A DNA stretch of 60,000 nucleotides from Laetmonice hystrix. Taxonomy: Eukaryota. The stretch spans positions 36,334,001 through 36,394,000 of the forward strand of contig OZ249436.1 of assembly GCA_965235115.1 (NCBI GenBank), read 5' to 3'. Shown here piece by piece: positions 38,301-50,150 of this stretch (positions are counted from its first letter, which is position 1; every line of letters begins with the position of its first letter). The notes below the pieces were generated by a model. That model did no database searches. It was not told the DNA's origin and saw only the letters and a list, made by a program, of their open reading frames with translations. The position numbers and the translations under genes are program-made.

Positions 38301-38953
38301 CAGGGGATCAGGATAACCATATGATAGCGCCAGACAAAAAACGTCCCATTGTACTTTCAGAGGAGCATGACGAAGATATTGAGCAGGTGCTGATTTACCA
38401 CGTCCGGGCACGTGACTCGAGCGCAGCGTTAGAGAAGAGGATTTGCCACATGATGTCTGGTTCCTGTCTGGGCCTGAGGACAGCCATGAAAGAGGACGAA
38501 CCCAAAGTACGTCACTCTCACTTCATCGAAAATTGATATCATAAAAAAATGAGAACGGGACAGAAATAAGTATTTTCAAATGAAAATTTCCAGATTATTC
38601 AAATAATAATAAAATGTATAAGTGTTAACATACATGTATATAGTATAATTTAGGAATTAGAGTCGGAACTGGGGGATAATATTACAGCCTGCTGAAATGT
38701 CCAATTAGTTTCATCAGGACAGGAAAATCTTAAAGTTTTCTGATAACTTATATCGGGCTTCGCTCAGTTTCTATCCCGAAGAATATACTGTACCAAGGAC
38801 TGGGTTTAAAAACCTTCCGATTATAATTAGATCTTTATATCATTTTCACATTTGTAGAAAATGCAACATGACCACAAGACGTTGGATATTGATATTGATC
38901 CAAACGCTAAAGTCGCGAAGCCTGTCTCCGAAAAGGGCAGAGATGAATTATGA
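32344..38953 (+). CDS. ER-resident saposin-B-type / Canopy(CNPY)-like protein, 173 aa; join(32344..32440,32643..32678,37540..37686,38361..38506,38858..38953)
   Basis: All introns are GT-AG with consistent phases (1,1,1,0); 522 nt total. Protein has a hydrophobic signal peptide (MAVRQELLSVYAVLVCAIQSVVS), then LYCAGCQAVVTEL...EDIC...RACKYLLEEHDEDIE...KRICHMMSGSC (six-cysteine saposin pattern, CNPY-like CxxC start), and C-terminal RDEL-stop. Confidence 0.9.
34055..35057. mobile_element. Nested Tc1/mariner-pogo-like non-autonomous element
   Basis: gtaaaacggggtaatatgagcac versus right end gtgctcatattgccccaccttaccc|ta. The aatatgagca motif is reiterated internally several times. Left end is clipped. 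Confidence 0.7.
35666..35877. mobile_element. Nested PIF/Harbinger-like MITE, TAA TSD
   Basis: taa|aggctggattccactaagccgatttacatccgatcggccatccgatt ... aatcggatggccgatcggatgtaaatcggcttagtggaacacgggct|taa. Confidence 0.9.
37888..38315 (-). mobile_element. Non-autonomous AcademH-like element, copy 2 (perfect 9-bp TSD ACCATATGA), intronic
   Basis: accatatga|tagcctggtcccc ... ggggatcaggata|accatatga. Inverted homolog of 29349-29889. Confidence 0.9.
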
Positions 38954-40078
38954 CCACTGTTGACCTAATTTCCCCGAGTTGACCTCGACGTTGGAAGATT
39001 GCTACAGATTACAGTAGACGACAATTTTGGGCTTGATAATATGTTCTTTGGGGCTTCAACACTTGTTTCTCCAGATCATATCAAAGAATTTACTAGAACA
39101 GTTCATTGTTACATCTATCTCCATGTATCTCTTTGTTTTTCTGAGAAAAAAAAAGAAGAAAGAAATTAGTGGATGACGTTCATGAAGTAAGCATTGTTGT
39201 AGCCGATCTTTTATCGTAACTATAGAAGTGTCCGTGCTGGTTTAACTCCGAGAAAACAGAATTTACGGCACAACGGCCATAATCGACTGGAGTGTCAGAT
39301 CGCTGCTGTGATAACGAAATTCATAGTTATCCTGTATTATTTAACCCGATAATATTGCTAGCCATCTGAATTATTGAGCGAATTATAACTTGGTGCTAGA
39401 CCTCGGAGAAAGTGATTAACTTCAAGACCATTCCCGCTGTGTAGGGACACGCTCATATATGATTAGGAGTGCAATACGCTTTACTTAAAGAGACTAGTGC
39501 CTAGAGTTTGCCACTAGGTGGTGCGGTAGTCGCCATCCGCCAGTTCGAATGGCACCAATAGATGGCGCTGCCTGTGATACAAGACCACGATGTATTTATT
39601 GGCATTGATCCAGCCTTGGGTCGTTGATTGATCCTGTCAACTCTGCTGTCAGACAGATGTCTATTGTACATGTCACTCATAACGATTTTCATGATACCCA
39701 TGTCTCTCTAGAGTCTCTCGAAAGGGAGGCCGCAAGGCGCCCTCTAGTTGAATGGTGAACAACTAGATTGAGTACAAATTATCATTGATCAATGAATATT
39801 GTCGACCAAGAATATTTTCTTTATATATACATGTATATATATAGATGGACCTTTTATATAAGTTAGGTCCTTTTAAAATTGATAAAGCGTGAGGAGGTTC
39901 AGTTCTAGAATGTTGTGAGTGGCACGCCGAATATACATTCAGATCTAGATCCATGGCCTTTAACTTCTTAATTGTTGTTAATTAAAACTACATTTTGTTT
40001 ACAACCTATACCTCTAAGTCCTATGGCAACTTCCCAAAATGCTTTTACATTGATACCTACTGTTAAATCGGGGAGGGA

Positions 40079-40133
40079 CCGTTAGTCCGACAGCCCAATA
40101 GGCTGTCGGACTATTGGGCTGTCGGACTAACGG
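40079..40133. repeat. Short palindromic element (collapsed MITE)
   Basis: ccgttagtccgacagcccaatag...ctattgggctgtcggactaacgg inverted repeat. Confidence 0.75.
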
Positions 40134-41958
40134 ACATTATAGCGGAGCGTTAAATTGACATGCACAAGGGAACGCACTTGACTTTTATTTATTAATTGAA
40201 TGTTTTTATTTCCGTCTTGGTATGTACCGCGATTTCCCACAACAGTGATGAACTCGTGAGCTTACCATGCAAGAGTATAGAATCCATTTATTTGAACTCG
40301 TAGTGTATTACCCCACATTTTCTATAGCATTAATTACGTTATACATTGTAAAGCATATACAACACATGTCTGTACTATGTATATGACATTATAACATTGA
40401 TGTATATAGGTTGAGACCAACTTTCTTAATCTACTTGTGATGTGTCCTGATGGATAATCTTTTATATACGTTAACCGATGTAATACGGTTGTTAGACGGC
40501 AACTATGTGATGAGTGCTAATGTTAGTATTAATTATACTGTGTGAAAAGACAATAAATGGTCATCTTTTTGTATATATTCTTTGTTTTAGTATCATTATG
40601 TTCAAGGAATGGTATTAACATATCCCTGAACACCCCCCCCCCCCCCCAACAAATAAAAACCAGCCTGCTACGTTTTTAGTATTTACAATGACCGTTTGAA
40701 CGCAAATCGCCGTGCCGACCTGCTCCATCTGAATACCGTATCAGAGACCCCTTCCTAAGTTTTTGCTTACCAATGTCGCCAGAAACAATGAGGAAGGCAG
40801 AGAGCATTTAGCAATTTGCGAAACAAAGGATGCTGTCACCTAGCTTCTTGCATTCCGCTTTTTGAACAGGGTTGTCGGGGCCCTAGCTAGAAATTTCTGA
40901 GTGGGTGGGAGGGGGGCAGTCAGGGGCGGAATTTGGAAAGCAGGGCGCACCTCCCATGCGAGCGCCGAAAAGCGCGAAGCGGGGGTCTGTAAAAAAAAAG
41001 AAAATTATGGTGCCAAATACGCGTTTTCTTGGCACGTAGGGTACAAACTCCACACCAAGACCTCCGTAAAAAGTAAAGCTGACCAACGCAATGGAAGCGG
41101 AAGTCCTCTGCTTGGGGATTTCAAAAACGCGGGTCGAGAATCGACACATGGCATGAGAATTGAAAAACCTGCGCGCAACAAGAATCGGAAAAAACGGGGC
41201 ACAAGATAAAACCTCTGGGTCACGATATAGGCTATAGGCGGCGGCAGTCGATACACATTCAATGTCCATCAAAGTCACGTAAAAAAGGAGGGATTCATTT
41301 TCGCTAGAGGTCGTCGGCCCCCCAGAAAATAACCTCGAAGGGTGCAAGCGCCATTTTCGGGAATAAGGGGCCGTCCATTTAATTTGGATGAATTTTTGAA
41401 AACTTGGCTCTCATTTCCCTGAGAAACAAAATCTGGCTCCCGATGGGTGTGGTTGAAAAAAGGTATTGTGGTTCGAATGATGGAGAAAATCATTTGGTAA
41501 TCAAAAATACTAAGATCTATTGACAATATTCATTTTATTCCTCTTCTACTTTTGACTATTAATTGGGCCAACGTATGTGGAACGTAAGCCTATTTTTTCC
41601 TTTCATACAACATGGAAAAATATAACATTTTATGCAATTCAGAAATAGAAATGTAGCGAAAGTTTGTACTTTATAACCTTTATTAAGTGTCTACAAAAAA
41701 AGACAAGCAGTCTGCGTTCCATGGACAATTGCTGGCATTCCATTCATGATGCATCACTGAGCCTTGATTGTTCCTATATGGGTCATTCTAAAACAAATAT
41801 TTTTTAAGCATATTAACAAGCGATAATTTCAGGATTTTCTGAAATGATTTTAAGGAATAACTGGCAGCATTGGGTAGTAGTTAGGTTAGGAAACAACAGG
41901 TAGTGAAATGACATTTTACCTGTTAACGGTATTTTTCTGGGGAGGGGGGCTTCATATC

Positions 41959-44900
41959 TCAGCGTGTATTCTTCATCAGCTTCTTTCGCTCCTGCCTGAA
42001 GTGCCTGAAAGCAATATCCGCGCAGCTGCAATGGATTGAAAGACGGATCATACTACAATAACAGCTGCAATAGATGGAAAGATGGATCAGACTACAATAA
42101 CAGCTGCAATAGATGGAAAGACGGATCCGACTACAATAACAGCTGTAATAGATGGAAAGATGGATCCGACTACAATAACAGCTGCAATAGATGGAAAGAC
42201 GGATCCGACTACAATAACAGCTGTAATGGATTGAAAGACGGATCATACTACAATAACAGCTGCAATAGATGGAAAGACGGATCGTACTACAATAACAGCT
42301 GCAATAGATGGAAAGACGGATCCGACTACAATAACAGCTGCAATAGATGGAAAGACGGATCATAGTACAATAACAGCTGCAATAGATGGAAGGATGGATC
42401 GGACTACAATAACAGCTGCAATAGATGGAAAGACGGATCCGACTACAATAACAGCTGCAATAGATGGAAAGACGAATCAGACTATACAATAACAGCTGCA
42501 ATAGATGGAAAGACGGATCAGAAGCTGCAATAGTTGGAAAGACGGATCAGACTACAATAACAGCTGCAATAGATGGAAAGACGGACCAGACTACAATCAG
42601 ATCCAAACGTGACTGCTTTTACGTTTATTTTGATGGCGACGTTTTTCAGCCAGGTAACTAAATACTGATATATTTCCGAGGACCTGTGACATACTAAGTA
42701 GAGGTTAAAGGCTGACGACATAATTCATGTTGGAAAACTTCTCAACGGTTGATAAAATCGTAAAACGTATTTTTGATACATTTTTTTTAAAGCCTGTACC
42801 TACCTGCTCCTGAATTAAGTAAATAATTAATGTTCCTCAAGCAAAATCTGACTACAAAATGAATTTCATCGAGGAGAGAATTACATTTTGTCTTCAGAAT
42901 CCATTTCTGATGACAGAGATTACCTTTACCTGCAACTGAAAAATAGATTCCATTTAAAGACGGAATTCATTTTGTCTTCCAAATGTACTTTTGACAAGTG
43001 TAATTACATTGCATATTAATGGTTAAATTTTAGACGAGTATAATTTTTACCGTCTTTCATTCTCGAGGGCCTTGACATGAGGGTGCCAATAATGGAGAAG
43101 AAAGGTGTCCGGAGAAACGAGGAACTCATATCTGTGGCAGGAGAAATCTGTCAGAGTGCTGGGATAAAATCTTAATCATGATGTCATAAAGTAGGGGGAT
43201 CAATCTTTTCTTCTGAACACTGGAGTAGGCATTAAGAAAGAAATAATTAAACTTCAATTATACATATTTCAGGATGTTTTTAAAAAATCTGAATGTAGCA
43301 CTAAGTATATATTTATAGGCTTATAGGTTCACTGTGATCACTTACCTGCACTGTTAAAAAAATCCGTTAAATTTTCGGAAAATGTCTGGCAACAAAGTAA
43401 CCGGATATTTTCCGTCAATCTCCCATGAGACATTGCGCATATACAGCTTCAGTCTCTGCCACCACTGCCCTTTTTCGCCCTGATTCCTCACATATCAAAC
43501 TCTTTCTGAAACTTTATTAATTACTACTTATGGGAATACCTAGCTACCCTATCTGAATAGAGAAAGGTCTAAGGAGTCCAACAAATTTATTTACAATTCA
43601 GATATACCCAAAATACGGAAAGAACTATTTAAGGATAGTGGAATTATTTTTTGCGCGAAGTTATCCATTGTTCACTAGTGGTGTAATAGGGTGTTTACTC
43701 GGGCCACCAAAACAAGGAGACTTTCGGACATTTCGCCACTGTGACACAAGATCAATGCCTCAAACTTGCTGTATAGTCGCAAAACATGTTAAACTCGACG
43801 TCTGGCAAGTCTACATCTTGTTTACTGAACGATGGTGGGTGTAATCTACCGGGATTGTCTCTAGTCGACAGCGATCACCGCGGTCCGGGTTTTCTGGGTC
43901 ATCACGAAAAACACGTGTTAAACATCAAAATCCGAGAGCCGCTATTGGATGAAATTCATCTTGCGGCGGAGAGTGATTTTCCGTAAAAACCGTAATATTC
44001 TGTCTGTAACTGTCACCACACCATGAAAAGAATTACAGAGATTTTCCGTAATTCAAATGGTGTACCGTAATTAAAAAAAACGGTGAAAAAACGATTAAAA
44101 TCGTAATTGTCTTGGATCTAACCGTCCATTTCTATAAAAGTTCAAGACTAGATTAAGAGAGCGGGTAAACATATCGATTTAGTTTAGAGCCCGTCTTGGT
44201 GGGACGCCTGGCGAGTCCCAACAGGTCCATTCGTATAAAAGTTTAAACGTCTGCAACCAAAGGAGCTACTCCGCGTGAAATTATTTCTAAACCAAGAAGT
44301 AAATAAATAAAATTCTCTAGCCTCAAAAGATGAGGTTTCCATAAGCTATTGATGAATCACACTTCATAATTAGGCCCCAATTTGACATTCCACTCTACAC
44401 GCTATGACATTAATATATGCCCGTGGTCGCATTAGCCGGCTTTCACAGGTAGACCCTATTATGACACGTCGGGGTAGAGGATCAACTCGTGCTTGCTTAC
44501 TTTGAAGTGAATCCGTGTCCCGCCACCTTGTGATTATTGACTGAACTAGACATAGAAGAAATTATGGGAAGGGAGAAGAGGAGCAGGAGAGAGAGCAAAT
44601 GTGTCCACTTACTTCTTTATATGAAGATCATACATATGTGAAACCTTATTCCGTGACCGACCAAGAAATCGTTGGTCAAACGGAGGAGTTTGGTCTCGGC
44701 GCAGCATGACATACGGCTCGAATTCGATCCCGTACGATATCTAGGGTTAACAATAGACGCAACCACTCAGAGAGGTAAACTGACATTACGAAGGGACTGG
44801 GTAAAAATCTTGCTATGAATAAAAGGGTCAATTCATTATTTTCGGATGACACATTCATTACACACTGTATCCTTGAGAGCAGACCTGCCAATATACTTAG

Positions 44901-47900
44901 TTAAGTTAGCCTACCTTATAAAATGAAGTTGCTGTCCGCCATTTCTGATAATTTGTTGAATGGTGCCCCACTGCGTTCTCTCTGATACTAAGACGGAGTT
45001 TTATGCACGTATACACATGTACCACAGAACTATAGCTCGCTATAGTTCTGTGCATGTACTAATTCATGTATGTGTGTATGTATTATGTATATATATCTGT
45101 ATATGCATGCATATGATGTATACCTGTATTTGTATATAGGTGCGTGTAGGTCCAGGTCTAGGTCTGGGGTGGATGGGTGTGGTGGGCGTAGATTATAGAG
45201 TGGAAGGTAGCAAACATATACTCAGGAATTATTTACCTTTTTTTATATAATTATAGGAAATCAGTCCGAAAATTGAAATAAACGCAGTCAATTCAACAAA
45301 ACTTGAGTAAAAACAATTATTTTAAGGGGTTTCTAGCAGTCTGGTACCATGGCGCGTCCATATGGACAATATTTTTAATTAATTAATTAATCGTTTACCT
45401 ATTTGGCTAGAGACGAGAGCACGCGAATCAAATCATGCCCTTATTTGGATTAGGGGGCGGGAGCAGGGGACCAGTCAGGGGGAGCAGTGCGAGGCAGCGC
45501 ATGCGCGCTGTGCGATAGGTTCTCAGTCCATTGAGATGGAAAATGTGGGATGTATCGCCTGATTATGGCTCATAATCAACAACAGACCTATCACAACAAT
45601 GTTATGATTACGACAGAATGTTTTATCAGTCCAGTGGGATAGATTCAAGATCAGGTAAGCTTGAAATACGCGGATTCGTAGGAGATGGGGACACCGCTTC
45701 GACAAAACTCGGCGGCCCTAGGGTGATTGATTACCTTTAACTAGGTTAAGCTGGGAATAGAGTCAATCTATGCGTCCTTTATAAAAACATTGAACCACCT
45801 CCCGCCACATCCACACGTACCCCACCCCACACACACATGTGATATGTGATGTAATTGTTACATTAACTGTAAAAATTGGCAATAATAGTCCATAGCCCTG
45901 TTTCCAGTTGTGTATTATTACTTTGCAATGAAGGTTTCGATCAATATTATGTTTAAATAAGTTTCATTTTTTATCGCTCTGTCACATTGTGTATATAACT
46001 CCCAAATTTCATTCTCAGAATGACATTCGGGAGGAAGCCCAACCATATATCAGAATACTATTGTAGTGTGCTTACTGAAATGGTATGATCAGTTTCTCCT
46101 TCCATTTACGGACAAGGTCGTCCTTATCGACAGGATACGAAATATTGACATCCCCGCTGACTGTCTCAAAAGCTGGAGTGATGAGCGCCTGAGGTAAAAA
46201 GATAAAGATGTTAGATCCACTGCCAAAGGTCCTTTGGCCTCAGTCCGATGTCTGAAAGTAACCATACACGTTTACGCTGTGGCCAATGAGCACGTACTCA
46301 CTATCGTCATTCACTGCCAAAGGTCCTTTGGCCTCAGGCCGATCTCTTAAAGTAACCATAGGCCTACACATTTATTTTGTGCTCAATGAGCACTCACTAT
46401 CGTCTCCATCAGCACCAACCAGGGGCGTCGAAAGGTGGAGGACGGGGGGGGGGACAGCATATCACCCCCCCCCCCCACACACACACACACACATATATAT
46501 ACTTTTTAGTAATGACAAGCTTGCCTGCCTTGCCTGCTGAATGACGGAGTTGAAAATGAAAGAGCTTAGTTTAAAGGGGAATTTTTGCATTGAATTGAGA
46601 TTACTTGTCCTGTATGCACAGAAATATATCACCATGTATCGGGCATCAATAAACAGCGAACTGAACGAACTGAACTAAGATCGTCTATGTCTGGGGGAAT
46701 TCCCCATAGGGACTGGCTGTTGACACCAACACGGAAACAGCCGACCTAAGTTAGTTTGACTAATTCCTACACGAAACAGTGTGTTTGGGTTAAGGCCACC
46801 GCACACGACGAACATTTGTGCGCGAACATTTGTTGCCGAACAAAAATCCGCTCGTGTGCGGTGATCAAAACGCCGAGCGAACAATTGTTCGTCAATATTT
46901 AACATGTTGAATACCGACGAACAATTGTTCGTTCGGCGTTTTGATCACCGCACACGAGCGGATTTTTGTTCGGGAACAATTGTTCGCGCACAAATGTTCG
47001 TCGTGTGCGGTGGCCTTAAGGGTAAAGGTTAGGCCTAGGGTTAGTGTTAGTTTAATCCCAAAATTGTTGTTAAAATAGGCAATAACTTCCGGCTGTGACG
47101 TCATATCTCACTGGCTTGTAGCACGACTAATCTATCTCAGTTCGTTCAGTTCGCTGTTTATTGATGCCCCCATCTATATCATTATGTGTCGATTTACTTG
47201 TAGCAATAGCGAAACTAAACGAGAAAACGTTCCATTCTTGCTTGGACGTTGAAAAATACGATCGCATTTTACCCCAGCTTGTTGACATTCCTGTATTCTT
47301 GGGAGCACCAAAACCGACGGAAGCTGATGACCTCTTTGCCATATGGAGGTCGGTGTCAACATGCCAAGGTCGTTTTCGGTCGTTTTCGGCAAATTCGCTC
47401 GAATCCAGAATCCCCGGCCGCAGCAGAGGGCCTTGACAAGTTTGTATAGCTCCGATTTGTTCGCGAGTGTTGAGTACATAAGCGAGCCGTTTACAAGGTT
47501 TCAGTTTCCGGTTTGCTCGCCGCTGATTGGTCAATTTACCGGAAATCTAGCGAAAGGCGCCACGCGTAAGAAAATATATATCTGATGTGATCAGGTCTAG
47601 TCCCTCGGGCTATGGAAGGGAAGTACCTACGCCCGGACTATTCGGTCACAGGCTGACTTCTGCAAAACATTTTATGTCAATTTTAGTCAATCAGCAATAC
47701 CTGTTGACTGAGACGCATTCGGAATTACGGAATCCGCTTACGGCATGGGACCACAGGTGGGGTAAGGGGCGTGCTACTACCACGCCACCCTGCGACGAGC
47801 AGCTGCAGACCCGGAACATAGCGAACCGCACTTTTTAAGCGCAAATTCGACAAGCGTGCACATATTTTCGGAAAGATGTTTCAGTTACGTTGGCTCCTAG

Positions 47901-49226
47901 GCCCATGGGCAATGCCTATATTATCTGTGTATAGACTTCCCTTTCAGTGGCGGGTTAAACTTTGTTTTCATATAAAAGATACAGTTTAAACTGAATTTAG
48001 ATGGTAAGTAGTGTAAGTTTCATACAAGAGTTGCCCTAAATCAGTATAAAGGATATAACCTAAGCTAATAAATAGTCAAATATATAACCAATGGAAATTT
48101 GTAATAAATTTCTTGAAATAAATCTAGAATATTTGTGCTTCTGATGTGTGTGGGTGTTTCAGTGATTACATACACCATAAGAAATCGTGGGATGTTAAAG
48201 GAAATTTTGAGGTTAGTTTTACCTAAAATTCCTGGTGAAATTACACCCCATTCAGAAAATCTTATTCTTAAATATTAATATTTGTCGTTTTGTCACTCAG
48301 CATAAAAGGACAACAAACATTGTTACCATTCGGGGCCTCTGGAATACTCCCATAGCATTTCTGAGGCGGGAATAGCTATTGTAACTCGGCACGAAGTCGA
48401 TGTCCAAGTTCAGTACGAAGTCTGCACGGGTGTTGTTTAAGGCCACATTACGAAGGAAATTCACCGGGTAATGTTTCTAAAAATCGAAGCGTAGAGATAT
48501 TAGATTGGTATAACGACCATACAGTGCCCTCACATGATACCCCCCCCCCCAAAAAAAAACAAAAAACACACACACACAAAAAAACACACACACACAATAT
48601 TCCACACTACTGGATGAGAAGGAAACCTAGGCCTACTGAAGCACGTGAATAGGTCGCGGGTCTACATTACAGAGAGCTTACTCTGTTTTAGATTCAGTTC
48701 GCCGTCTACTTACCCCTTCCTTCGCAACCAAATGTAGGTCAATGTTTGTCCGTTTGAAGAGTGCAGGAAGTTTGGTAAATTTATCAACAAAGTGTGATTG
48801 TTTGTTAAGGTCCACTATCAACGCTATTGAAACCGGTCCAATCCAATGGTCCAGCAAAGGTGCAATACGTTCCAATCTGTTTTCACTTAACTGTGTTACA
48901 ATGGCGACGTCACTGGGGTCATATGACGTGTATTTCCTCCAGATGTTGGTCACACTTGCCCTCTGCATGACGCCCTCCATGTTGTAGTGGTCACACAATC
49001 CGTCATCAGAAAGCAATTTTGAAGTGCGATTCCTCTCTTGGAGCAGCTGTAGTCTCTGAGACTCGAGTTCGGTCAAAGCATTTCTCAACAGTTCCAATCT
49101 ACTTTCGTCTTCGTAAAGGTTGCGTTCCCAAACCGACAAATGGCGGGAGGGTGGCGCTTTTCTTCCACTGAGAAATCCAAGTATAAATATGGCCGATATC
49201 GTTGTTAGCAGGAGTCTTAACGCCAT
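41959..49226 (-). CDS. LARGE-like GT49 beta-glucuronyltransferase domain protein (type II membrane, no GT8 domain), ~367 aa; complement(join(41959..42004,43051..43131,44613..44740,44915..44987,46076..46188,48327..48476,48714..49226))
   Basis: GT-AG introns with consistent phases. Motifs DVAIVTQLSENRL..HWIGPVSIAL, YPVNFLRNVA..DFVLNLDIDFVP (DxD), ALITPAFE, GHHSTNYQKWRTAT, EFEPYVML..PPFDQRFLG..RNKVSH and YEFLVSPDTFLLHYWHPH are collinear with the LARGE C-terminal domain. N-terminal TM segment and coiled-coil stem. The start codon (49226 vs 49295) and the last exon are less certain. Confidence 0.9.
42023..42597. repeat. 39-bp minisatellite (~15 units) in the last intron of the GT49 gene
   Basis: Unit ctacaataacagctgcaatagatggaaagacggatccga. 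Confidence 0.97.
46218..46405. repeat. Diverged tandem duplication of ~94 bp
   Basis: cactgccaaaggtcctttggcctcag..aaagtaaccata..caatgagcac..tcactatcgtc occurs at 46218 and 46312. Confidence 0.85.
46641..47169. mobile_element. Non-autonomous TIR element (33-bp TIR) hosting a hairpin MITE
   Basis: gggcatcaataaacagcgaactgaacgaactga ... tcagttcgttcagttcgctgtttattgatgccc. Confidence 0.85.
46794..47015. mobile_element. Near-perfect 222-bp hairpin MITE flanked by TTAA
   Basis: ttaa|ggccaccgcacacgacgaacatttg ... caaatgttcgtcgtgtgcggtggcc|ttaa. The arms pair almost to the centre. Confidence 0.92.
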
Positions 49227-49946
49227 TCGTCTATAAGATAACGATGTATCAATAAATGTAACAGTGCACATGATGTTTGGGAAAAACACAAGCATAATTA
49301 CGCAGGGTTCGCAAGTGTAAAAAAAGGTGGTTTAGGATCGATCTAGAACATTCTGGAGAGCAAGAAACTGAGAAACAAACCCCTGCCAACCATGTCAGAG
49401 CGTGTAATTCCAAGGCGGCAACAAAATAAATACATGGAGGTACCCAGAGAATGATAGATTAAGTCAAGAATTCATATTGAAGAAGCGTGATTAAGCATTT
49501 CCTTGCATAACTTAAAAATTATTCTGGACGAGTGCTGCTGATCCGGCGCCGTGTGTAATTCCGTCACAATGGAGGCAGCAAGCGAGATTTCGTACAAGAG
49601 AAATAGTGTTTCAATGCAAATGAACGATGCTAACTTTGTGTGTGTGCGGGGGGGAGGGGTGAGAAGGTCATGTGAGACAGGTCAGGTGACCCTCCGATTA
49701 CCCGGTATGTGTTGTTAGAAACGATCACTTTGAGAAGAGAGGGCGATAACACTTGATCGAATTTGGAAAGCACCGGCTCGAATTTTGCAAGAAGAGGATT
49801 TCTGTGGGAAGAATTACAAGGTGAGGGTCTATATAAAAAAACCACCAGATTCATAGCATGAACAGTGGACAAAGGGGAAGATAGACACTAAACGGGAGGC
49901 CTTGCGAAATAAAAAAAAAACTTGTGAGATGCTGTAATGTTTATTA

Positions 49947-50150
49947 ATGGCTTTAGAGGTCGGGTAACATCGACGTACGTCCCTTGCGAGCGTTGGGGAC
50001 TCGTCTGTAAGGAGATTGGCTGATTTCATCAACAGGACTGGGCGCTCGCAGAACTTTGGTCTGCAGGACATCGTAGTGAGCTGTGAGGGAATGAGCGGAG
50101 GAACAGTGCGGCGACTAGAGCTACAGTTAGGGCCGTTGCCCTGTGCTTAG
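49947..50150 (+). pseudogene. Fragment of an SGNH/GDSL-hydrolase-like ORF, probably retroelement-derived
   Basis: MALEVG*HRRTSLASVGDSSVRRLADF...NFGLQDIVVSCEGMSGGTVRRL: block I (GDS) and block II (G.SG.T) spacing, with an internal stop. Confidence 0.5.

Noticed and set aside
41959..42501. 180-aa Cys-rich ORF (RLSIYCSCYCS)n as a metallothionein/keratin-associated-like gene
   Set aside because: It is a translation of the 39-bp intronic minisatellite, and the opposite strand is also open. Only the last 46 nt are supported as an exon.
43349..44110. CACTG-starting EnSpm/CACTA-like end with subterminal repeats
   Set aside because: No matching opposite TIR or TSD was found, so boundaries cannot be supported.
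47020..47050. Telomere-like gggttag motifs
   Set aside because: Short and degenerate, lying inside a TIR element rather than forming an interstitial telomeric array.
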